This document shows, one piece after another, positions 20,771-30,948 of a stretch of DNA of 64,000 bases. The notes beneath the pieces are model-generated. The model did no database searches, was not told the origin of the DNA, and worked only from the letters and a program-made list of their open reading frames with translations. Both the position numbers and the translations under genes were made by a program. Every line of letters begins with the position of its first letter. Positions within the stretch are counted from its first letter, which is position 1. Source of the DNA: Takakia lepidozioides. Lineage: Eukaryota > Plantae > Bryophyta. Location of the stretch: positions 86,986,001 to 87,050,000 of the forward strand of contig CM060731.1 in assembly GCA_030704615.1 (NCBI GenBank), written 5' to 3'.

Positions 20771-21069
20771 GAGCCCCTCACACGGTTGCGGCGGGGGTGG
20801 TTCCACGAGGGGTGGTGGTAGCTTAGTGGGTCTTAGTGGGGGTGGCATAGGACTCACCATGGGGCGGAAACCTTGTGTTGGGAGTTGTGGGGAGTCTTGG
20901 GACTCATCACGGCCCAATGGGGCCGTGGTGGGTGGGCCAAGACTCACCGCGACTCACCACCGGGAGTCGAGGGTTTTCGTGGTGGTTCGCCATACGGTTT
21001 TGGGCTTGGAGCTCTCGCCTCACCCCAAGGGAATCACCACCGCGTTTCTTCTTCCCCCCGGTTAAGTTT

Positions 21070-22948
21070 GCCAGTACACGAATAAGTGATGAGCACACAT
21101 TCTTCTCAATATGCATGGGATCAAGGAGGTGCCGGATTTTCAGATCCTGCGCATCATGAAATTTCCATATAATTTGTCATAAACCCTGTACTTGGTGCAA
21201 TTTCATATGAATATGTCATGACATTCAATGAAATATGTATGGTCCAATGCATTTCGGACTTGTACTTCCCAATAAGGCAACTCGTAGAAGATTGAGAGCC
21301 GGGACATGCCACACCTCTTGAGCCGGCGTTTTTTATCCAGCACCTCTTGCCACCGGGCTTTCCAAAATGACCTAGGGGGACGCACGGGTGGAGGTCTCCT
21401 CTCCACGGCCCCATCAAATAATTTCTTGCCTCTCGTTCTCCATGGATGGTTGAGAGGAAGAAATTTCCGGTAGTTGGGATAGATCATTTTCGCGACGTTC
21501 TTCGAATGCTTTGCATCAAGGTTATCCGGCCCACAACATGAACATGTTGCGTACCCCTTTGTGCTTAGTCCCGAAAAACTGAAAGCCCTGCACAAAACCA
21601 TGAATTTAGTTGGGATTTAACATTCGTCGCCTCGTATAATTTCAATGAACCGAGCAAAAACATGAATTTCTAAAGAAAAATCATGACGAACACATACAAA
21701 CACATGATATACGGTAGAATATATATATATTATAGGTAATATCAAAGACATGCATCACAAGGACATGCATGGAAAATTTTGTAGCCCATCCCCACTGTGT
21801 CTAGAACCTGTCTTGCCTCTTTTCGAGAACGTGGCATTTTATGCTCCAAATGGGAGGCGAGGATGTGGTCCGCAATTGTGATTGCGGACATGCCAATGTT
21901 GCTTATGCCAAGATTGCAAATTAAGCAACAACAGTATAGTGGAAAGTCGACTCACTTTTGCTCCTTTATACAAGGGTGTTTTTGCCTCGGCTTCCATTGG
22001 ATTTGGGTCGGCATCTTCATCCAATGTGGCTGGGCAAGCCATATCCTCCCCAATTTGTTGTCCCTCCCCCAAGTGGTTCATTAACAAATCCTCCATGGCT
22101 CTCACATCGTCAGTGTCCATATTGTGTTCATTTTCCACCTCGTCACCGTCTTGGGCAATATGGTCGTCTGGGCCTTGTTCTCCGCGGCCAATACCAGTAC
22201 TGTTGTCCACCTCGGTCTACATGCCCCTTGGAGGGTTCGCTGACCTCATTTGCTCTTGTACTTGGATCTATAAATACATTCACAATTCATTTAATATACA
22301 ATGGTTGGGAATTGCTCCATTTGCATCCAAAAAATATATGTACATTGGCACATTCAGCCTACGTACATGACGATCAACGCCCAGACATACTGTCATGAAC
22401 AATCCCACACACGGGATAAGGCAGCGGGTTTGAACCCCAAACCACCAGGCGACACACTGTGCACTTACCAGCCGATGTGTTTTTTTAAAAGAAAAAATTG
22501 CATTTTGTTTTTTTTTGTTTTTTTTTAATTCATTCTAGTGGTCAGAGTCTCCGTTTTTTCAAAAATATAAATACTCATATATTATATATATAACCAGAAA
22601 AGCATGTGTCGACACGTGCAGTCATGTAGTGATTCATCCATGTGATGATCTGGCAGAATGCATTAGAGTGAGAGTCATGAAGTCATATGTCTTTCTAGCA
22701 ATATACATACGTCATTCCAGTGTAGCCATGACCGTGACTGGTAGTCATATCTGCCATGCCAATATTCGTGGTCAAACATGTTCGACTTGTGTTGCGCAGA
22801 GTCTGGAGCCATGCAGTCGCATATACGCCTTCCCCAGACCTGCATTATGACTTCAAAAGCATTTTTACGACTGCAAATGGCATTTCTGCCACGAACTGTC
22901 ATGACTGCGCACCCATGGGAGTCATAAAAGCCGCAATCTGTTGTAGTG
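21070..22948 (-). mobile_element. Truncated CACTA (En/Spm) transposon with a transposase pseudogene
   Basis: Terminus TGTAGTG ending at 22948 (CACTACA on the minus strand). Tnp2/TnpD motifs PLYKGA..SRLS, GLSTKGYATC, RKFLP..HPWR, SIFYELPYW, MHIEKN. Confidence 0.85.
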
Positions 22949-23392
22949 AGGGTATTCCATGACTGGAATTCCCAGTTACTAACCGTGCATGATGGGAAGC
23001 ACAAGATACAAATCACCACAAAGAAATCTAGTAGACTACCTGCTATGAGAAGACCTCGGGGAGTCAGAGAGTATGACTGGAGGAGAGGACTTGATGAGGA
23101 GCAGGAAGCTACCCTGTTCGCTGCACACCCAGAGTGGGAGCGGGTTGCAGAAATGCAACTGGAGGGCCTAAGTTGTTTAAAAGGTATCTACTGTGGTGTA
23201 GTGACAACAACACCAATTGAGGGTGAAACAAGCAGTTACCCACCACATTTCTATGAAGAAAAAGAGGGAGAAATGGAAATCCTAGAAGAACCAGCCACTG
23301 TGAGTTTACAGGATGAAGTAGTGACTGGTTGAACAATCACAGCTGATGAGCAGGTGAGAGAAGTGAATGTGGGAACTTAGGAGGAACCGAGA

Positions 23393-24362
23393 ATGGTGAA
23401 AGTAGGGGATGACTTAGAGCCAGAATTCTTTGAGGAAGCTAAGAGTTTGTTCATCAAATACAGAGATGTATTTGCTTGGAGCTATGAGGATCTAAAAGGG
23501 ATATCACCTGAGATTTGTCAGCATAAGATTGAACTGGAACCAGGGTCATTACCAATCAAGCAGGCAAGGTATAGAATGAATCCCAACTATGCACAGAAGG
23601 TTGGGGAAGAGATCAAGAAGTTGGCTTAGGCTAAGTTTATATACCCGATAGAGTATACAACTTGGTTGTCACCTATTGTGATAATTCCCAAGAAGAATGG
23701 TAAACTGAGAGTTTGTGTGAACTACAAGAAGTTGAATGCTTGTACAAAGAAAGATCTTTTTCCTTTGCCATTCACAGAAGCGGTATTGGACACTGTGGCA
23801 GGCTATGAGATGTACTCATTCATGGATGGCTTCAGTGGGTATAACCAAGTGCAAGTGGCAGAAGAAGACCAGGGAAAGACAGCTTTCATCACAGACTGGG
23901 GTGCTTATGCATACAAAGTCATGTCTTTTGGACTGTGTAATGCACCAACAACTTTTCAGAGAGTGATAAGTGAATCTTTCCATGAGTATCTGGATGATTT
24001 CATGCAGGTGTTCTTAGATGATTTCAGTGTGTACAGCTCTAAGAATGAGCACTTGCATAAATTGGAGTTATGTTTGGTCAGATGCAGGATGAGAGGTCTG
24101 GGCCTGAATCCAGAGAAGTGTATTTTCTGTGTGAATTCAGGTGTACTTTTGGGACACATTGTGTGTAAAAGGGGACTTCTTGTGGATCCCAGAAAGACAG
24201 AGGCCATTAAAGCCTCTCCACCACCAATTAATGTTAAGAGTTTAAGGAGATTCCTTGGTCAAATCAGTTGTTACAGAAGATTTGTCAGACGGTATGCACA
24301 GATAGCAGCACCGTTAAACAAGCTTTTGAAGAAAGATGCAGTGTTTGCATGGACAGCGGAAT
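23393..24362 (+). pseudogene. pol: Element 3 pol, RT part
   Basis: SPIVIIPKKNGKLRVC, DGFSGYNQ, FGLCNAP, FLDD, with an in-frame TAG. Removing element 2 restores WTAE-CQQAFEEL. Confidence 0.9.
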
Positions 24363-25976
24363 TGTAGTGTGAATGCAGGGGGTAAAAATTCAAGTTTTTG
24401 TTTGGCATCAGGTTTCGGCACTACTACAAAGGGAGTGCCCTTCGTGCTAATGAAGGGGAGGAATTGTCCATAACTTGAGGTAATTCCATGGAAAAACTAT
24501 GCTATTGATCTGCCAAGAACAAAATATGGCTAAGTTATGACATGCACCTTTTTCATCCCTAGGATGAATGATTTTCATCTATGATGTTGAACCCTAGAAG
24601 CAGGATGTGAAATTCGAAGGGGAAGAGTGCGTGCATCTTTTCGCAGTTGCTGCAGTGGTGTTGGCAGCACAGGATATCTGAGAAAGTTCCACCTACGCAA
24701 AGGGTATCAGCTTGCTTTAAAGAGAAACGTTAAGAGCTCCTGCTTGGCTTTCTGTGCAAGAAGAAGCGGTGCCGCCTTCTTCGTAAGCAATTATCAAACC
24801 TGAGGGATCAGGTTTGTGATAAGGGCGGTGCACCACTGTTGTCGCCATTGTCTTGATGAGCACATTAATGAGGAGATGGAGCGGCTCAGCAGGTGTTGGG
24901 GGATGAGAAGTGCAGGCTGGTGTGTATAGCGCCTCAGGTTGTCTGTGATCAAATCTTGTAGCTGCTGTCTGTTTGAGAGCTTTAGGACCAGATCACTTTG
25001 CAAGGGAAGAGAGTAAGCATCTTTTCGCAGCTGCTGCAGTGGTGTTGGCAGCACAGGATATCTGAGAAAGTTCCACCTACGCAAAGGGTATCAGCTTGCT
25101 TTAAAGAGAAACGTTAAGAGCTTGTAGAGGTGTTCCAAACATATGAATGACTGAAGTTCGCAGTTGAGGAGATGACAGGGGGTGTGATTTGAGATCTGTA
25201 GAAGGGTAGTGAAGCACCTTGACCAAACAGGATACACTTGGGGAAAGGTAGTGCAAGGACCAGTCACTGGAAAGAGAGAGAGAAAAAGACTGACAGAGGG
25301 GCAGATTATCTCTTGTGTGACCAAGGTTGACTTCAATGATGGATGCACTGGATGCCTGGCTGGATGTGCATTGCATTGCATCGTAGATGTGTTGTTGTGG
25401 AAAAGTGAGGGAATCACACACAAAGGAGAAAAAGAGAGTGAGAGAAAGAAAAAGTGAAAGAGGGAGAAAGGGTGATGAGAGATGGATAAAAAGGAGAGGT
25501 AAGGTCAAGAAGACATGAACCCTGAATGGTCAAACTAGTGGGCCTGCAGTCCATGGCAGATCTGAGTTGCCCATCCACCTAGACCGAGCTCTCATTACAA
25601 ATTGAAAGGGGCTTCCGACGTGTTGCTGACTGAGGGAACTGCCCACAAGGGCAGTGTTTCATCACTGACATAGGGCTGATTGCATCGCTGAAGACATCAT
25701 GGCAGCAGGGCTGGTGCTGTATCTGCAGGTAGAGGATGTTGAGTAAAAGGTGAAACCAAGAGTGAACGTACAACATTGGCTCCCCATCCATGTCTTCTCT
25801 TCCGATGCGGCGTGGATGAGGATTGCTTGAACTCTGATCACGAAGGAGCTGAGGGAAACCCACAGCCAAGTGACGACAAGTGGAGAAACTAGAACAACGA
25901 TTCTTTCTTTTGCTCTGCTTATAATGGAGGGAAGCACAATTGGAATTATACAGAAGGGGATTCACGCCCCTTCCTT
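24363..25976 (+). repeat. Element 2 5' LTR (A1), lacking the terminal CACACTACA
   Basis: Matches 30960-33275 apart from a block of about 700 bp found only in the 3' copy. Contains an internal duplication. Confidence 0.9.
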
Positions 25977-25988
25977 TGGTATCAGAGC
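25977..25988 (+). promoter_or_regulatory. PBS complementary to initiator tRNA-Met
   Basis: TGGTATCAGAGC. Confidence 0.9.
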
Positions 25989-26023
25989 AGATGTTAAATC
26001 TTGATTTCTACTAGCTAGGGATC

Positions 26024-26356
26024 TTGACTGGTATTGATGGTTTGATGGCAGGAAGAGACCACACACTGATTCCTGATGAACCAAGCATTGGAGATGTGCT
26101 GATTTGCTTCAGCAGACGCACACCAAATGCACACGCAGACCCTTGTTTGCACTTCTTCAACCCTGCTTGGAGAATAGCAAATGGTGATTTATGTCTTAGA
26201 GTGATACATACTGGTGGAAGAACAACCATAGCACTTTGGATAAGAGAGTTAGGAAGGTGGGTGAAGATAAATACCATGGCACGAGAGGTGACATGGGGAG
26301 GTAGAGTAGAGATGTTGCGAAATGGACAGTGGGAGTGGTATAGAGGTCAACATTAA
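26024..26356 (+). CDS. Small upstream ORF of unknown function (GD-x-R-x-H-x-G...W family)
   Basis: Homologous ORFs at 44403, 44659 and 45028. Confidence 0.55.
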   Translation: MTGIDGLMAGRDHTLIPDEPSIGDVLICFSRRTPNAHADPCLHFFNPAWRIANGDLCLRVIHTGGRTTIALWIRELGRWVKINTMAREVTWGGRVEMLRNGQWEWYRGQH

Positions 26357-26427
26357 GGGAGTTGCAGGAAAATTAGAGTCAGAATTAGGTGTTGAAACAG
26401 TTTGAACTTTGACTAGAGAGTAGAAGG

Positions 26428-28746
26428 ATGACCAGTCCAACCAGCATAGATGCGCCTTATCATGGTAGGAATAGTGAGGATGTAAATGACTGGCTGGAGA
26501 GAATTCAGATGGAGGCAGATGTCAGGGATTTGAATGAGGACAAAACTTTCAAGGTAGCAAGGCTCAACCTGAGAGCCAAGGCTGATGAATGGTACCGTAA
26601 ACAAAACCCTAGGCCAAACAACTGGGTGGACTTCAGGGCAGCAATTTCAGCCAAGTTTGGTATCGTGGACTTGGCAGAAATTAGGCTAAGAATGGATACC
26701 ATTAAACAGGAGAGTAGACAAAGGGTTCAAACATACTTCGATAGGTTGAACCGGTTATTTATAAGAAGTGGGGCGTCTGATTTGGAACAGAGGCGTAGAT
26801 TTGCAGCAGGTTTGAGACCAGAAATAGCAAGAGTAATGTTGGGCAGGCGCTTCCTTGATGTAGAGGAAGCACTTGACACAGCCATTGAGATTGAAAGGGG
26901 CCTGGGAAAGTTAGGGGAAATACCTCTAGAGCCATTGGAAGGAGATGATACAGATGAGTCAGTTGTGTTTGTTAACCCTGTGGACAGAAGACTTGATCAG
27001 CTGAACACTACCCTACAGAAGTACTTTGATAGGGGACCAGTCATAGGAGAAAGCTCGGGATCTAGAACACCACCTCGTGTTCGCCTTTGTAATGTTTGTC
27101 ACAAAGAAGGTCACATAGCTGCATATTGTCCTGAAGGAAGAACCCCAGCTAAGTGTGACAAATGTCACCGGTTCGGGCATTCCACGGAAATGTGTGGTGT
27201 GAGATGCAACTTTTGCAAGCTACTCGGGCATACGGAGAGTGAGTGCAGTAGAAAACTCGACCAGACTATGATGGGAACTCCGGGAACTAACTTTGTAGAT
27301 GTGTTCTATGATGATGAGGATGATGTACTCGCAGAGATGACAGATCTGATGTCACGAAATAGAATCAATGAAGTCAGACTTCCAAGGACACGCATACCTA
27401 TCCAGAGTCCGATTGTTGAACCTACAGGGTCACCAGAAAGGAATAGTGAGAGCAGTGAACAGCCAAGCAAGACCAAGAGTGAAATCTACCCAAAGAACAA
27501 TTTCAAGAATGCTATAGAAGGAGGTACGAAATCCAGAATCTTGAACCACTTCTACAAAGGAAGAATATCGTTGTCTCCCATGGACCTGATCATGACTGTG
27601 CCCGGAGAGCTAGACAAATTGAAAGGGCTGGTCAAAGTGGTGGAAAGAGCAATGGTCCAACAAAGGGAGACAACTCACAGTATAGAAGTTGTGAAGGATG
27701 TACCAAGGCCTTTGTACTCAGCACACGCTGAGCCCACGATCTCGTATGCTTATACTGGTAAGGTTAAAGTGCTTCATGTAATGATTACAATGGGAGATTA
27801 CCAGGTATTAGGCCAGATTGACACTGGTGCCATGCTTTCTGTAATATCAGCTAGTACAGTCAGGGATCTTGGTTTGATGGGATCTGTCATTACTAGTAAG
27901 GATGTGAATTACAGAGTAGCCTCAGGTGCTCTTGAGACTGCAATGGGCAGACTTGAGGACATCAAGGTCAAAGTAGGAGAACTGACCAATCGTTTGTCCT
28001 TTATGGTGGTGAACACGGATACATATAACATGCTGCTGGGATTAGACTTTCTCAAAAAGTTTGGCGTTGTAGTGGACACCGAAGTTGAAACAATTCGCGT
28101 ACGCTATGGGCTAGGAAAGGATTTTGCTCACTTCCCTTTGCACACCATCAATTATAATGAGCCTGCAGTTACCAAAACAGCCTACCATAGAGGGGTCGAG
28201 AGTAGAATGAGATATGCAAGCAGTACGTCAGCAGGTAATGTCTTAACCCTGACGTCAGATGAACAGTACCTAGGCTTGTGGGAGAAGAAAAGAAAACCAG
28301 AGGAAGAATATGAGGACACGGAGGAAGCATCCTCAGGTTCTGACACCTCTAAATCTGATAAAGATGAGGAGATGGGAGGCTCTGAGGAGAGTAAGGAGGA
28401 AGAAACAGCACTGAGGGATGTTGAGGAAATAATAGACGATGTCAACCTAGGGGAGGACTTGTTCGAGGACCAAGGGATGTCTGAACTCCTTCAGGAAGAG
28501 ACCCATAAGAGCATGGCTGCTGCCATAATACAGGAAGCTTACCAGAAAGCTTGGAATGGTGAACTAGGGAACAACAACCTAGAAATAGAGGATGACTTCC
28601 ATGATTGGAATCAGGTTGTCACACAAGAGGAAGGACAGAGAATGGCTAACTCTGTAAGCCAGGTGGAGGGAAAGAATTGGGAACCCAGTCAAGAGGAAGA
28701 AATGGAGAGTCGTTGGAGAAGTCTGAAATTGAAAAAGGGGAGATGA
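26428..28746 (+). CDS. gag: Gag (three CCHC knuckles), aspartic protease, acidic tail
   Basis: CNVCHKEGHIAAYC, CDKCHRFGHSTEMC, CNFCKLLGHTESEC, IDTGA, LLGLDFL. Confidence 0.9.
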   Translation: MTSPTSIDAPYHGRNSEDVNDWLERIQMEADVRDLNEDKTFKVARLNLRAKADEWYRKQNPRPNNWVDFRAAISAKFGIVDLAEIRLRMDTIKQESRQRVQTYFDRLNRLFIRSGASDLEQRRRFAAGLRPEIARVMLGRRFLDVEEALDTAIEIERGLGKLGEIPLEPLEGDDTDESVVFVNPVDRRLDQLNTTLQKYFDRGPVIGESSGSRTPPRVRLCNVCHKEGHIAAYCPEGRTPAKCDKCHRFGHSTEMCGVRCNFCKLLGHTESECSRKLDQTMMGTPGTNFVDVFYDDEDDVLAEMTDLMSRNRINEVRLPRTRIPIQSPIVEPTGSPERNSESSEQPSKTKSEIYPKNNFKNAIEGGTKSRILNHFYKGRISLSPMDLIMTVPGELDKLKGLVKVVERAMVQQRETTHSIEVVKDVPRPLYSAHAEPTISYAYTGKVKVLHVMITMGDYQVLGQIDTGAMLSVISASTVRDLGLMGSVITSKDVNYRVASGALETAMGRLEDIKVKVGELTNRLSFMVVNTDTYNMLLGLDFLKKFGVVVDTEVETIRVRYGLGKDFAHFPLHTINYNEPAVTKTAYHRGVESRMRYASSTSAGNVLTLTSDEQYLGLWEKKRKPEEEYEDTEEASSGSDTSKSDKDEEMGGSEESKEEETALRDVEEIIDDVNLGEDLFEDQGMSELLQEETHKSMAAAIIQEAYQKAWNGELGNNNLEIEDDFHDWNQVVTQEEGQRMANSVSQVEGKNWEPSQEEEMESRWRSLKLKKGR

Positions 28747-30938
28747 TTTGCAAAAGAGAAGAGTACTATGCATGTGTATGGGGCCTTTGGCACTTCAAGA
28801 AAATACTGTTGGGAAGTCATTTTTCTTTGGAAACAGATCTAGATCCATATTGGTGGCTGTACTCAGAGCACCACATAGGCATAGACTTACTTGGTGACTT
28901 TTCATTTGAGTTCGTTCCGGGCATAGTAAGATCTTCCACAGGTGGAATGTTGACCAAGGATCATGGCATATTGAAGGGAGAACTGAAACCAGGCATAATG
29001 CCAGATGGAGAAGGAAAGAGGGTGACTTTTGCTGCACAGACTTTTGCTACAAAAAAACAAGGAAAGGGTATTGATCAATCAAGCTCTGTCAATCTGGTAA
29101 GGGAGGGTATTTGGAAGGATAAGGGTGCAGGAAGGATAGAGGCTACTGCAATCAGCAACAAGGAAAGGGAGCATCTGATGCCCTCTTGTCCCACCATCCA
29201 TGTGATTACCCGAGGATCTCGTGCTCGTGATAAGGAGCTAAGCAAGGTACATCCAGCCTGTGAACTTGTGGAAGAGAGATCGAACAATGAAAAGGGAAGC
29301 TTGCAAGAGACACCATTCCTTCAACACTTGACAAGCACTCCAACAACAAGAAGAACGCGGGTGACTTCCTCATCAGAATGCCCAGCCAAGGAAAACATGG
29401 GGGGTGAGTGTTCCACCAAGACGTTTTGTTCTTCAGACAGTGATGGAACAAGTGGTTCAGAACAAGACACTTCTTCTTGCAACAAGATTGATGAAGGGGA
29501 CTGGGTACCATGGACCGCACCCACCAAAGCTACTCAGATGTCATTATTACGTGAGGCTGAAAGATGGGGGAAAAGCTCTCTCATCAGCTCTGACCATCAT
29601 ACAGCAGCTGTTAAGGAGGAAAGGCAACCTGATGTGCTTGATGATGTGGAAGTCATGCACCTCTTATGTTTTGGAGAAGTCAATGACTACCTGACAAAAG
29701 AGGAGAGCAAGAGAGCCAAGAGGCGGGCAAGGCAGTACTCCTATCTCAAAGGTGAGGTCTACTTTGATGGAAGGGTAGTTCCACCAAGAACTGACAGAGG
29801 GGCAATAATCACTGAAGTACATGAAGCCACTGGCCACTTTGGAGTCAGAAGAACACAAGAGGAGATATGCCGACGTTATTTCTGGCATGATAGAACAAAA
29901 CTCATCAGGCAAGTACTCAAGGGCTGTGGTAAATGTCAGATGGCCAAACAGAACGGAGTGTTGCGCTCAGGTAGCTCAAAACTTCACAGCATTCCAGTAG
30001 TGGATCTATTTTTCAGAGTTGCAATTGACACGGCAGGACCATTATTTATAACCAGCAGGGGCAATCAGTACTTTCTGGTGGCAATCGATCACTTCTCAAA
30101 ATGGATAAAAGCTGCACCAGTGGCAGATCATACAGCAGCCCTTGCTGCCCGCTTTCTTGAGGAAGAAATAATTGACAGGTATAGCTGCCCACATACGTTG
30201 CTCACTGACAATGGCACAGAGTGGGGAGGTGAGTTTGAAGATACATGCCACGAATACGGTATAAAGAGGGAGCATAGCGCCCCCTACTGGCCTCAGTGTA
30301 ACGGTATGGTGGAAAGGGTCATTAAGTCTCTCAAACAGAGCATCACCACCCTAGGAGTTGGAAACGACACTGAGTGGGATCAGAATCTCTATAAGGCCCT
30401 GTTTGGTTACAGAATGGGTGTCCATGCTTCCACTTTATTCTCACCTTTTCAGGTACTTACTGGTAGAATTCCAAGGCTGGGAATTGACAACAGGTTGCAT
30501 TTTCTTACAACACCAGTAAATTCTGATGGATCTGTAGCAGAGGTCACACTTATGATGCAGCAGAAAATCCAGCTTCTCACAGAAATGAAGGCAAAGCTGC
30601 GAAAGAGTGTGAAGAAAGGGCAGCGTCAACAGGCAAGAGATTATGAAAGAAGGCATCAAACAGGGCATACCTACTGCACGTTGATGGAGAACAGCAAGGT
30701 AATGATGTTGAGGCCCGGAAAGAGGTCTTCCATGACATCTCCATGGGAGGGACCCTATGACTTTTTGGGGTACAAGGATGCAGGAAGCACAACCATGACT
30801 GGAGAAGCTGCACGAAGATGCAGGTTGAGAGATGGAGCAGACAAGGAATGGGTAAGAAGTAGGAGGGATTTAAAACCCTTCATACCACCAATAGGTGTTC
30901 AGCCATTAAAGGTGGTCAGTGAGGACCCTGACACTTAA
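28677..30938 (+). CDS. RNase H remnant, linker and intact integrase (no RT)
   Basis: EYYACVWGLWHFKKILLG..F.LETD, HEATGHFG..CGKC, IDTAGP, TDNG, GMVER, WEGPY. Confidence 0.88.
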   Translation: MGTQSRGRNGESLEKSEIEKGEMICKREEYYACVWGLWHFKKILLGSHFSLETDLDPYWWLYSEHHIGIDLLGDFSFEFVPGIVRSSTGGMLTKDHGILKGELKPGIMPDGEGKRVTFAAQTFATKKQGKGIDQSSSVNLVREGIWKDKGAGRIEATAISNKEREHLMPSCPTIHVITRGSRARDKELSKVHPACELVEERSNNEKGSLQETPFLQHLTSTPTTRRTRVTSSSECPAKENMGGECSTKTFCSSDSDGTSGSEQDTSSCNKIDEGDWVPWTAPTKATQMSLLREAERWGKSSLISSDHHTAAVKEERQPDVLDDVEVMHLLCFGEVNDYLTKEESKRAKRRARQYSYLKGEVYFDGRVVPPRTDRGAIITEVHEATGHFGVRRTQEEICRRYFWHDRTKLIRQVLKGCGKCQMAKQNGVLRSGSSKLHSIPVVDLFFRVAIDTAGPLFITSRGNQYFLVAIDHFSKWIKAAPVADHTAALAARFLEEEIIDRYSCPHTLLTDNGTEWGGEFEDTCHEYGIKREHSAPYWPQCNGMVERVIKSLKQSITTLGVGNDTEWDQNLYKALFGYRMGVHASTLFSPFQVLTGRIPRLGIDNRLHFLTTPVNSDGSVAEVTLMMQQKIQLLTEMKAKLRKSVKKGQRQQARDYERRHQTGHTYCTLMENSKVMMLRPGKRSSMTSPWEGPYDFLGYKDAGSTTMTGEAARRCRLRDGADKEWVRSRRDLKPFIPPIGVQPLKVVSEDPDT

Positions 30939-30948
30939 AAAAGGGAGA

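Noticed and set aside
24794-25965. ORFs repeated at 31391-33296
   Set aside because: They recur only because they lie within the LTRs, and show no domain evidence.
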